Shown here piece by piece: positions 51,477 to 59,596 of a stretch of 64,000 bases of DNA. Every line of letters starts with the position of its first letter. The stretch's first letter is position 1. The position numbers were made by a program, and so were the translations under genes. The notes under the pieces are model-generated. The model saw only the letters and a program-made list of their open reading frames with translations. It did not search any database and was not told the DNA's origin. Origin of the DNA: a virus; IMG/VR virus record IMGVR_UViG_3300030098_006570, positions 64,001-128,000 of that record; one strand, written 5' to 3'.

Positions 51477-51559
51477 TGGTGGAGGTGCACGGAGTCGAAC
51501 CGTGGTCCTGAGAATGCCATTGCAGGATTTAATCTCAGTCGAATTCCCAAACCACCCCC
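51477..51559 (-). ncRNA. Miniature tmRNA-like RNA (tRNA-like domain only, 83 nt)
   Basis: GGGGGUG/CACCUCC-A-CCA acceptor stem with G3.U70; stemless D-loop ending AAUUCGAC; P2-like helix UGAGA/UCUCA closed by a 19-nt loop; GGAC linker; T arm CACGG-UUCGACU-CCGUG. Confidence 0.8.
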
Positions 51560-51590
51560 ATTTAGTCCTTGACAGGCCAAAATAATTAGG

Positions 51591-51947
51591 TTACCATTGG
51601 TTTATGTCGTCTTTTTGTATCCTATACTTTTTCTTCAATACTTTTAAGGTCTCATCAGTGACTCCTAAAATTCTCGTCATTTCTTTATTTGTGTTAGCTA
51701 TGCTAACAACAGAATTGAAGAGAGCTTCTTTCACGAGAGCCACCGTATTGGACCATAGGTTAAAACCATATAGTTTGCCATTAGTTAGACGACTGGCGCA
51801 CTCAAGTTTGAGACCAATAATTTCTTCCAGAGTTAATGCAGAAAGCATTATTTCAAATGCTTCATTTGACTTTCCGTGGTTCCTCAGCTTTTGTGAGAAA
51901 GAAATATCACTGCAAAAACCCTGGGAATCTGACTTCCGGGGTTTCAT
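51591..51947 (-). CDS. Hypothetical protein, possible C-terminal HTH
   Basis: TNKEMTRILGV; coupled to the upstream gene. Confidence 0.6.
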   Translation of the reverse strand: MKPRKSDSQGFCSDISFSQKLRNHGKSNEAFEIMLSALTLEEIIGLKLECASRLTNGKLYGFNLWSNTVALVKEALFNSVVSIANTNKEMTRILGVTDETLKVLKKKYRIQKDDINQW

Positions 51948-52760
51948 CTATAATAAGTTTTCGATAATATCGTCTATATCTAGAAAATTAGCTATTTCTT
52001 GTAGCTCAATGTTGGCAACGGTATCTTCTTCCGCCTCTTCGGCACTGGCGTCACCCACCGCGGCCGCCGCTGCAGCGGGTTCGGGCACATCTGTCTGCAG
52101 TTCTGTCTCGAATTTGTCAAAATACAGCGCAAGATTTTTTAGTAGATACTCCTCAAACATAGCAATATCGTCGGCGTTGTCAAGGTCATCATATGCTGTA
52201 AGAATGCTCTTCTCGATGTCTTGGAAGTCGGTGAATGCGCGGTTGCGTCCAGTCTTATCTTCCCCATTAAGCCCAAACTCTGACTTGGGATCGACTTCAA
52301 CCTCTTCTTCGTCATCGATACTAATAAAATCCGGATCATCTTCGGGCCGGTCGCCAATATCAATTTCAATATCTTCATCGATTGGGGCCCCGAGTTCCTC
52401 GTCTTCCCCCGCCTCTTTGCGAGATTCTTCGGGGGCAAGTGATTTTTCGACAGCAGCTAAAATATGGTTACGATATGATTCACGCTGCTCCACCGCGGTG
52501 GTAAGGGACTTATATCCGGTCTCTATAGTTGACAAAACATTAGTGTTTCGTAGAAGGTCCTCTAGAGCATTGATTCCCGTACTGTCATGTTTGGCAACTG
52601 CTGCAACGGCAGCACTTTCAGTAATAAGGTCACGGATAATCTGGCGAAGTTCGTGCTCTTGGTTACTCTTATGCTCTCTGCGAGATTTTACAATCCGAAT
52701 CGCATCACGAACTGCTTCTCTCAATTGGATTTCCTGTGCTACTTCTGCTCGATCAATCAT
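51948..52760 (-). CDS. Acidic hypothetical protein (candidate internal head protein)
   Basis: ELRQIIRDLITE leader-like segment; very D/E-rich; upstream ACTATTTA. Confidence 0.65.
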   Translation of the reverse strand: MIDRAEVAQEIQLREAVRDAIRIVKSRREHKSNQEHELRQIIRDLITESAAVAAVAKHDSTGINALEDLLRNTNVLSTIETGYKSLTTAVEQRESYRNHILAAVEKSLAPEESRKEAGEDEELGAPIDEDIEIDIGDRPEDDPDFISIDDEEEVEVDPKSEFGLNGEDKTGRNRAFTDFQDIEKSILTAYDDLDNADDIAMFEEYLLKNLALYFDKFETELQTDVPEPAAAAAAVGDASAEEAEEDTVANIELQEIANFLDIDDIIENLL

Positions 52761-52762
52761 TT

Positions 52763-54628
52763 TTATCCCACCGATATACCTAATAAATAGTCCATTATTT
52801 CGTTTACAAACTGGTCTTCCACAGATTCATTGTTCGAAGTTTTTTTCTTTTTGCGCTTCTCAGATCCAATCACATCGGGGAAAGTAGTGGCAAACCCTGT
52901 CACCGCGCCTCCCGACTGCGCGCTCATTTCATCAAGCTGTTCGCCAAGTATCCTCATTATATCAGCTACATCGCTATCATTTAACTCTGTAGGTAACCCG
53001 CGGATAAAGCCAACATCATCGTCATCACGAAGAGCTTTCCTCATCATGGTGGCACTTACTCCTCCCATCTGCGGAGGAATTGGGACTTGCTGTACATTTA
53101 CTCCTTCACGACGACCTTCGGCCGTCTTGAAGCGCCCACCTTCGACATCTTTTTCTCCCAAGATAAGGTGCAAGTCTTCCCCGACGTCGGCTTCGTTGTC
53201 AATGTATTCATAGACAGAACGCACAGGCGTCACATCTGCAACTCTAACATCTACATCACCAGGCAAGTGTTGGCGGTAAACGTTCCAAATATTGACGGCT
53301 TGTTGAGGAGTAATTCCTTCATGAACTTTTGGAGAGACAAATATAATGATCTTATCCACTCCGGGGTTACTTAGCACCGATTTAGCAACATTGAAGTGGC
53401 CGCCATGAGGTGGCTTAAACTTTCCAGGGTAAAGAGCAATGTTACGCACCCCCTCGACGGGTACCCTCTCTTCTTCAGCTAGGCCCTGCTTGGAACGATC
53501 TCCATGGGTAGAGGCCAGCCCTTGAACAATAAAATCTCCTGTAAGTTTGACTAGGAAATCTTCCATCCCTCGTAAAACAACACCTTCATGGGATCCAACT
53601 GGACCAGCCATACTGCGCAAAGCTTCTTTTACCGCTTGCCCTAGGAGTCGAGTGCCATGATAAAAAATACCTCCATTGATGGCGTCTTTGACGTCTTCTT
53701 TGGAGGCAAGATATTCACTTAAAGGTATTCCATTTTTCTCGGCGCTGCGTAATACTGCCATATAAATATCTTTACTTAGTGCTCCCACGGATTTCCCATC
53801 AGCCCGGGTAACACGAGTATCTTGGGGGTGCTCTACCATCTGGAGCCATTCTCGTAATGTGTTTGTGGCCACCCCGCCAGGAGTAACCTGAACGGACACT
53901 GGCGTCTCTAAAACTTCTTCTAGATTCAGATCATAATCCGGATCAAACTCCACTGGTACATCACCATATACTTCAAAACCATATTTGGCTGCAATGGGGC
54001 GCACTTTTTCAATAAGTCGTGCTAGGGCTGCGTGATCATAAGGAATTTCGATTCCACCACCTTTGACGGGCTTTCTCGTCTTGGGGTCTATAGGGCGCTC
54101 AAGCCCTGGGCGATCCATGGAAATCCCTTTTCGAATCATATGGGGCTGGGCTTTTTTTTCATAGAACTGGTTGATGCCATGAATAGCCAAAATATTGGAA
54201 TCATATTCCTGGACGTTAGACTTCCCTTCAATATATTCGGTATTGAAATATTTTGTAGGGTCATCCCACATTTTGAGCGCTTTAAGTTCCGGAGTGATGG
54301 CTGGAATAGCCGCATTGAAAATAGTTAACAACTTAGCTATAGCATTAGCCATGCCATGATCGGATCCCCACTTTGCTAAAGCACTTTCAGCATCAAAGCC
54401 CTCAATTGAGGCAATATGAGAGGTTCCGCGATCCATGCGAAACTCTTTTTGACCATCCTCGTTGGTAATCAGCTTAAAACTGGTATTGATGCCATCCCAC
54501 TTGACGCTGCCGGCAATTTCATTGTTTTGAAGACGCACAACAGCGTCCTGGATATAATCAATGAGGTCTTGCCCTGTTTTTACGCGGTCGACATCAAAAG
54601 GGTGCGCCATATGGCCCGGTGTGCCCAT
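52763..54628 (-). CDS. Ligase-like nucleotidyltransferase domain fused to a HIGH-family cytidyltransferase-like domain
   Basis: SVKWDG, NTEY, HEGVVLR, VKLTG; then YPGKFKPPHGGH...GVSATMMR. Confidence 0.65.
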   Translation of the reverse strand: MGTPGHMAHPFDVDRVKTGQDLIDYIQDAVVRLQNNEIAGSVKWDGINTSFKLITNEDGQKEFRMDRGTSHIASIEGFDAESALAKWGSDHGMANAIAKLLTIFNAAIPAITPELKALKMWDDPTKYFNTEYIEGKSNVQEYDSNILAIHGINQFYEKKAQPHMIRKGISMDRPGLERPIDPKTRKPVKGGGIEIPYDHAALARLIEKVRPIAAKYGFEVYGDVPVEFDPDYDLNLEEVLETPVSVQVTPGGVATNTLREWLQMVEHPQDTRVTRADGKSVGALSKDIYMAVLRSAEKNGIPLSEYLASKEDVKDAINGGIFYHGTRLLGQAVKEALRSMAGPVGSHEGVVLRGMEDFLVKLTGDFIVQGLASTHGDRSKQGLAEEERVPVEGVRNIALYPGKFKPPHGGHFNVAKSVLSNPGVDKIIIFVSPKVHEGITPQQAVNIWNVYRQHLPGDVDVRVADVTPVRSVYEYIDNEADVGEDLHLILGEKDVEGGRFKTAEGRREGVNVQQVPIPPQMGGVSATMMRKALRDDDDVGFIRGLPTELNDSDVADIMRILGEQLDEMSAQSGGAVTGFATTFPDVIGSEKRKKKKTSNNESVEDQFVNEIMDYLLGISVG

Positions 54629-54632
54629 GTAC

Positions 54633-54878
54633 CTACTCCTTATTCTCTTCTAGTATTTTTACCTGCTCCTCAAGAGTGTTCACTCTTTCTTGGAGCCGTC
54701 GTGTATGGCGCCTGACTTCGCGCAAGTTCGCTCGTGCTGTTTCAATCCGCAACGCGTCGGTTTTAGAACGCGGAGTTATGGCTTGGAGAACCTCGGAAAT
54801 AGATTGAAGATAGCTAGCAACACTAGGGGCGCTGCTCTCGCCGAGCAAGAACTTGCGAGTAAGTCGGCGATAGTCCAT
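54633..54878 (-). CDS. Hypothetical coiled-coil protein
   Basis: GAGG SD; heptad-like C-terminus. Confidence 0.65.
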   Translation of the reverse strand: MDYRRLTRKFLLGESSAPSVASYLQSISEVLQAITPRSKTDALRIETARANLREVRRHTRRLQERVNTLEEQVKILEENKE

Positions 54879-54881
54879 TAC

Positions 54882-55160
54882 TTATTCCTCAGATTTCGAA
54901 GCAGCCTTTCGGCCACGTCGCCGCGGAGCTGGCTTATCTTCCGTGTCTTTCGCTGCCTTAGCGGCTTCCGCAGCTGCCTTGTCCTCAGCGGCCTTCGCTT
55001 TTGCAGCAGCCTCGGCCTTGGCTTTTGCTGCAGCCTCGGCCTTCGCCTTGGCTTCAGCCTCTGCTTTTTCTTTGGCGGCTGCTTCTGCTTTCGCTTTAGC
55101 GGCCGCTGCTTTCTTGGCGCTCTCATTCCGGCGTCGTCGTTTAATCCATGGTGCTACCAT
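54882..55160 (-). CDS. Ala/Lys/Glu-repeat basic protein
   Basis: Likely start MVAPW (GGAAGG SD); AKAKAEAA repeats flanked by Arg clusters. Confidence 0.65.
   Translation of the reverse strand: MVAPWIKRRRRNESAKKAAAAKAKAEAAAKEKAEAEAKAKAEAAAKAKAEAAAKAKAAEDKAAAEAAKAAKDTEDKPAPRRRGRKAASKSEE
54989..55106 (-). repeat. Degenerate ~24-nt coding tandem repeat (AKAKAEAA)n
   Basis: Recurrent gcttttgc(a/t)gcagcctcggcctt units. Confidence 0.7.
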
Positions 55161-55161
55161 T

Positions 55162-56367
55162 TTACTTGCCTTCCTTTCTGACACGCGCGATGATTCGACG
55201 TGTGATTTGTTTTGCTTCTTTTACCGAGATTTTACCAGGCCTGGCGTACTCCGCGAGATCCATTCTCTTGGCCATCGATGGACGGTTACCCTCCTCGTCA
55301 TCGTGTTCTTTAGATCCGATACCCTTATAATCATCTTCGTCCTCATCACGCATGGGATGGCCATGGCCCTCAGCAAGACTAGCATTGGTGACAAGAATAT
55401 CACGGGCATCCACGCGCTCAAGAATGGTGCCGTCCTGAAGCTTCATGTCGTACCAGGTAACCTGGTTCAGCTTCTTATTGAAGTTGTGGTTGATGGCCTC
55501 TGCCATCTTAATCTGACCTTCATGGTGGACGCCGCCGTGATGAACACAGTAGTGGTTAGGGGAGAACGCACCCTCCCGGAAGTGGGTTCCGCGCTCGTGA
55601 CGATCCTCATGATCTTCATCATATGCCATATCGCGCTTCAGGGCGTCAATGTGAGCCCGCGTAGCATGTCGCTTGATAAGGTCATGAAGCTCACGGTCGT
55701 CCCGACCTTCATCCTCACCATAGTGGTAGGTCTCTTCGCCCTCGGAGTCTTCCTGAAGCTCTTCGGCTGCATCTTCTCCAGCCTCTTCACCAGCGAGTAC
55801 ACGGTCGGCGTGCGCCACGTCAGCGGGCTCGTTCTTCTCTTCCTTAAGAAGCCCCCACTTTTTCATCAACTTGGTGTTGATCTCATTATTTTTCCATTCT
55901 TTTAGCGACATTTTTGGTTCTCCTGTTTCTGAAAAGTCTATGGCGACATTCCGTTTTCCTGTCTTAATTAGGTCTTCATAATCCCTAAAGATCAAATTAC
56001 CTTTGGTATAAGCCTCACGCTCCATCTTGCGGAGATGAGGATTCTCTTGTGCATAGCCCGCCGAGGTCTCCATATCACTGGTAAAATCCCCCCGACAATT
56101 TTGCGCATGGTGCACCAATTCATGAGACAATGAGCGCATGATATCTTTAGGATGGCGCCCATCAACATAGAGCACAATTTCCATAGCACCCGGATCATAA
56201 TAAGCGGTTTTTCCTAAAATTCGCTGTGAATTGGAGGTGTCACTCTGAAATATAACGGTGACAGGCTTGTTAAATCCTAGCTGCTGTTGGGAATACGGGA
56301 AGAAATCTCCCACCAACTGCTCTAAGTGATAAACGTTCCCAATAGATTGATTTTTACACTGATGCAT
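55162..56367 (-). CDS. Zincin-like (HExxH) domain plus acidic/His-rich modules
   Basis: RSLSHELVHHAQ...MEREAY; internal ATG with AGGAG at 55911. Confidence 0.7.
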   Translation of the reverse strand: MHQCKNQSIGNVYHLEQLVGDFFPYSQQQLGFNKPVTVIFQSDTSNSQRILGKTAYYDPGAMEIVLYVDGRHPKDIMRSLSHELVHHAQNCRGDFTSDMETSAGYAQENPHLRKMEREAYTKGNLIFRDYEDLIKTGKRNVAIDFSETGEPKMSLKEWKNNEINTKLMKKWGLLKEEKNEPADVAHADRVLAGEEAGEDAAEELQEDSEGEETYHYGEDEGRDDRELHDLIKRHATRAHIDALKRDMAYDEDHEDRHERGTHFREGAFSPNHYCVHHGGVHHEGQIKMAEAINHNFNKKLNQVTWYDMKLQDGTILERVDARDILVTNASLAEGHGHPMRDEDEDDYKGIGSKEHDDEEGNRPSMAKRMDLAEYARPGKISVKEAKQITRRIIARVRKEGK

Positions 56368-56373
56368 CGTTTA

Positions 56374-56691
56374 CTAAATAGTGCTGAATAGTAGAAAGAG
56401 TACACCCCAGAGGTGATACACAAAAAGCGCCATGTAGACAAGGTTTAGTGCTAGTAATATTTTGAAAATACTATTAGTAAACCTTTTTCGAAAACAATAA
56501 AGAATCCATATCCCTACAGCACTGAGTCCGAGCTTGGCGATGACAAATAATAAAGGGGATACCTCCAAAAAGAAGGCCATGATAGGATTTGCTTCGTGCC
56601 CTAAGTCATTAGCAATCCAAAAAATAGTAGCGGTGAGATCAATGAGGATAAAGATTGCCAGAATATAGACTAGTCGGACAATCTTCCTCAC
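56374..56691 (-). CDS. DUF5658-like membrane protein
   Basis: DLTAT...GHEANPIM; three TM helices. Confidence 0.7.
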   Translation of the reverse strand: MRKIVRLVYILAIFILIDLTATIFWIANDLGHEANPIMAFFLEVSPLLFVIAKLGLSAVGIWILYCFRKRFTNSIFKILLALNLVYMALFVYHLWGVLFLLFSTI

Positions 56692-56712
56692 CTACATTAC
56701 CCCTTCTTTCCC

Positions 56713-56925
56713 CTATCCGCAGCACTCACAGTCTTCGCAGCAAGCGCACTTACAAAGCGTTGCGCCTACACATTTAGCTTGAAGCCACTCTGGCTGCTGC
56801 CAAAAGGGGATAAGCATATGCACCAGCATAGCCAGTCCCGAAAGAAGCAACAAGCCCGATAGCCGCGCTGACTGCTTCAAATGGCCTAACCAGCCATGTT
56901 CTTTAAGATGTGCCCAATCCCACAT
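56713..56925 (-). CDS. Small membrane protein, Cys-rich tail
   Basis: HLKE...HL...VHMLIPF; CKCACCEDCECC. Confidence 0.55.
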   Translation of the reverse strand: MWDWAHLKEHGWLGHLKQSARLSGLLLLSGLAMLVHMLIPFWQQPEWLQAKCVGATLCKCACCEDCECCG

Positions 56926-57257
56926 TATCTTCCCTCCGGATTTTGTTTGTCATAAATAATAGCCTTGAAGGCTGTTTCAACGTAATCAGCTGCTTTGGTA
57001 AGCTTTGCTTGTACCCAAGGCTCAAGATTCTCATCATCCTGTAACATATCGTGCAGCTGTTGTGCTTGTTGTGCTAAATGAAAAAGATCTCTCCGCGCCA
57101 TAGCGCCCTCATACCCATCGGGGTCTTTTTCGACTTTTGGTGGAGTGCGATCTTGTGCATTCATCACAGGGGTTTCTAGTAAAATAGAAGAGCCCTTGCG
57201 GATTTCTTCTGAAATAAGGTTTTTGAGAGTTTGTCGGTTAAGCTTCGGGGAAGTCAT
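56925..57257 (-). CDS. Conserved myophage helical-domain protein
   Basis: EGAMARRDL...LEPWVQAKLTKAADYV after the leader LKNLISEE...LLE. Confidence 0.65.
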   Translation of the reverse strand: MTSPKLNRQTLKNLISEEIRKGSSILLETPVMNAQDRTPPKVEKDPDGYEGAMARRDLFHLAQQAQQLHDMLQDDENLEPWVQAKLTKAADYVETAFKAIIYDKQNPEGR

Positions 57258-57826
57258 TATCTATCTCCTGTGGCGTCGCCCAATACAAAGGCTTGAAATG
57301 CTTGTTTGTCTTTATCGTTCATTCGGGAATAGAGTTCAACCGCGCGCTTGACAGAGCCCTCTAGGGCAGAAACTTCCATCTTGGTCTCTTGCATTCCTGC
57401 AGCCCCGTCGCCACCACCCCAGGCGCCCGAACTATAACCAGCATAACTGGTAGAGCCCGCGTACTTCTGTTGACTTTTCGGAGGCGCGACCACGCGCTGG
57501 TCCGGCATTGGATGGGCCCCGGCCATCTCAATGTCATTGAGGGCCTTCCTGAGCGCTGTGGTGGCTCTAAATGCGTTTTCGTAGGCGCCGTCATAAGTGG
57601 GATCATCGAGAGCCACAATAAGGCGTTCTGTAGCCTCTCGGGCCTCTAAAGCTATCTCATATAACTCATTGGCTTTGGGATCGCCCATATTTTGCTCTTT
57701 GTCAGAGTTGGACTGTGACCCCATACGATGCGGTACACCTTCAGGGGCGGAAGGCTCATTAATACCCCCGCCAGTAAACATGGCTTCCTTCACCATGGTT
57801 TTAAGCTGGGCGTAATCAATACTCAC
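57257..57826 (-). CDS. Hypothetical protein
   Basis: Leader-like QLKTMVKE; coupled ORF. Confidence 0.65.
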   Translation of the reverse strand: MSIDYAQLKTMVKEAMFTGGGINEPSAPEGVPHRMGSQSNSDKEQNMGDPKANELYEIALEAREATERLIVALDDPTYDGAYENAFRATTALRKALNDIEMAGAHPMPDQRVVAPPKSQQKYAGSTSYAGYSSGAWGGGDGAAGMQETKMEVSALEGSVKRAVELYSRMNDKDKQAFQAFVLGDATGDR

Positions 57827-57829
57827 GAG

Positions 57830-58177
57830 TTAGTCCTTCTTCCGCTTGCGCGCCATCTTCCGGAAAGTCTTGGCCAGGTTATAACGTTTGGTTCCAGGGC
57901 GACATGTCGGACCGCCAAATTTCTCGCCGGTGCATACCCCTTCGGTGCCGCGGCGCTCAATATCTGCTTCGGCATCCTGAATCCAGTCATCGTCTTTTTC
58001 TTCGGCAAGGCCCGACTCAAGGGGTCGCTCATAGCCCTCTTCCCCCTTTTTTTCTTCGCGCAGAATTTCATCTAAAAGAGACGCCGGATCGAGGTCAAAC
58101 ACTTCGATTGCTTCAGCATTAGTAAGCACCACCTCTACTTCTTCTCTAATAATATTCAGTAACTCTGTTTTTGTCAT
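57830..58177 (-). CDS. Hypothetical protein with acidic leader and basic C-terminal module
   Basis: MTKTELLNIIREE; GGAGG SD; upstream ACTATTTA. Confidence 0.7.
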   Translation of the reverse strand: MTKTELLNIIREEVEVVLTNAEAIEVFDLDPASLLDEILREEKKGEEGYERPLESGLAEEKDDDWIQDAEADIERRGTEGVCTGEKFGGPTCRPGTKRYNLAKTFRKMARKRKKD

Positions 58178-58200
58178 AGCACGAACCTCCGGCGTATAAT

Positions 58201-58208
58201 TAAATAGT
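58201..58208 (-). promoter_or_regulatory. ACTATTTA candidate late-promoter motif (representative copy)
   Basis: Same octamer upstream of starts at 49827-49834, 52784-52791, 56375-56382 and 62143-62150; variants at 475-482, 20156-20163 and 59537-59544. Confidence 0.6.
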
Positions 58209-58251
58209 TTCTTCTTCTTCCTTTGACATTAGAGCTTTAGATTTTTTGACC

Positions 58252-58965
58252 TTAGGTGTTGATCAGGTTGCCATAAATTTTGGGATTTTCAATGGGGTGA
58301 GTCCCGGCATAGAAGAGAGCAAAACCAGCGATCAAATTGCTATTACCAGCGATATCGACTGCCGTACCAAACGTATAGTTGGTAGTGGAACTTCCCCAGC
58401 CGTCATCTGAATACTTAATCGTCACTACGTTTGAATCGACTGCCACGCGGAAGGACCGGCCGGCCGTCCAGTTAGGTCCACCCCCGCTGGTGCCGTTCAC
58501 CAGCGTACCACTTTCAAAAGCCGCAGCGGATGTTCCGGCCCAGCAATAGACGGCCCATTGCATCCACGCATAGGCATTCGTAGATGTGACAGGCGGGGTG
58601 TCTTTGTAGCCGAGTCCAAACATGAATTGAACGTTGTTACCGTTGTAGTTGAAGGATGGAGTCATTTCTACATAAGCCGAGTCACCAGAAGTAATTTCGG
58701 CGACGGTAGTAGCGCCGCAATTCCAGTTTCCTCCGCTTAGGGTTCTAATAATACCTTGATCAAGCCCGGTTTCGGTACCCACTGCGCAGACAGTTCGATT
58801 ATTAAGTTGAGAAGTATCGGTAATGGGCAATTCGAAGGGCGCGGCATCTGAGCATGCACCACCCGAAAGAATGGTGCTAACACGGGATTTATCTATCCCG
58901 ATAATGGTGCTTATCTGATCACATTTGATGCCATCAATTGTTGCTGCTTGCGTCTCGTCACTCAT
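58252..58965 (-). CDS. Hypothetical beta-rich protein, possibly virion-decorating
   Basis: S/T/G/N-rich; AGGAG SD. Confidence 0.6.
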   Translation of the reverse strand: MSDETQAATIDGIKCDQISTIIGIDKSRVSTILSGGACSDAAPFELPITDTSQLNNRTVCAVGTETGLDQGIIRTLSGGNWNCGATTVAEITSGDSAYVEMTPSFNYNGNNVQFMFGLGYKDTPPVTSTNAYAWMQWAVYCWAGTSAAAFESGTLVNGTSGGGPNWTAGRSFRVAVDSNVVTIKYSDDGWGSSTTNYTFGTAVDIAGNSNLIAGFALFYAGTHPIENPKIYGNLINT

Positions 58966-59531
58966 GATTTTTCTCCTGCGCTACGTGGGCCATCCATTTT
59001 TATATATTTCATCAGTCGCGGTGCAACTTCGAAGCCGGCTTCGTGAAGTTTATTGGCCCACCACTTGGCAATAGCCCCTTCTTCAAGCGCCGACGGAACC
59101 AGATTGGCCTTGATGCCGGCTGCTTCTGCCGCCGCCACTTCTTCCTCATCGTCGTCCCAATGCTCGGCAACACCCAAGGACAGAAGAGTCTCAGCTTTAA
59201 GGTCCCCATGTGTGTAGTGGATACTCTCCACAGGAAGCTCTAGTTCGGCTACCAACTCTTCTGGGTCTGGGGCTGTATCCCATGGGTGTTTATCCCCTGT
59301 GCGTTTTGACCGGGATGTAACAATTAGAACCTTGTTGCCGGCCGCTGCAAGTTCTCTTAGCTTTGCGATGTTCTCCTCGTGAGGGCCATCATAAAGAATG
59401 CCAAATTCGGGATCTTCTGGGTCTGGCTTATGTCTGATTAAAGTATCGTCGTAATCAAACGAATAAATGTTTTGTTCCAAGTTATCTTGTTCGGCGATGT
59501 ACTTTCGCCATTCTTTTAAAATTTGTTTCAT
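58962..59531 (-). CDS. HAD-superfamily phosphatase-like protein with shared leader
   Basis: SFDYDDTL (motif I), IVTSR (II), K (III), HWDD (IV). Confidence 0.75.
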   Translation of the reverse strand: MKQILKEWRKYIAEQDNLEQNIYSFDYDDTLIRHKPDPEDPEFGILYDGPHEENIAKLRELAAAGNKVLIVTSRSKRTGDKHPWDTAPDPEELVAELELPVESIHYTHGDLKAETLLSLGVAEHWDDDEEEVAAAEAAGIKANLVPSALEEGAIAKWWANKLHEAGFEVAPRLMKYIKMDGPRSAGEKS

Positions 59532-59561
59532 TATTATAAATATACCTTTTCATTCATTTAC

Positions 59562-59589
59562 AGTATAACAGACTGAAAAAGGAAGTCAA
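59562..59589 (-). promoter_or_regulatory. Sigma70-type promoter (extended -10)
   Basis: TTGACT-16 nt-TATACT, preceded by TGn. Confidence 0.6.
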
Positions 59590-59596
59590 GAGGTTT

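Noticed and set aside
51477-51559. Reading the 83-nt RNA as an ordinary tRNA-Ala(UGC), or as an attP remnant
   Set aside because: It has no D-stem and the loop is 19 nt, not 7, although UGC occurs in it. An att remnant would normally keep only one end, whereas both ends pair perfectly here.
51604-52887. 427-aa plus-strand ORF
   Set aside because: Antisense shadow of acidic minus-strand genes (Ser-rich mirror of Glu/Asp codons); no recognisable domain.
54943-55905. 320-aa plus-strand ORF with Ala/Ser/Phe repeats
   Set aside because: Antisense mirror of the AKAKAEAA repeat gene and the 401-aa gene.
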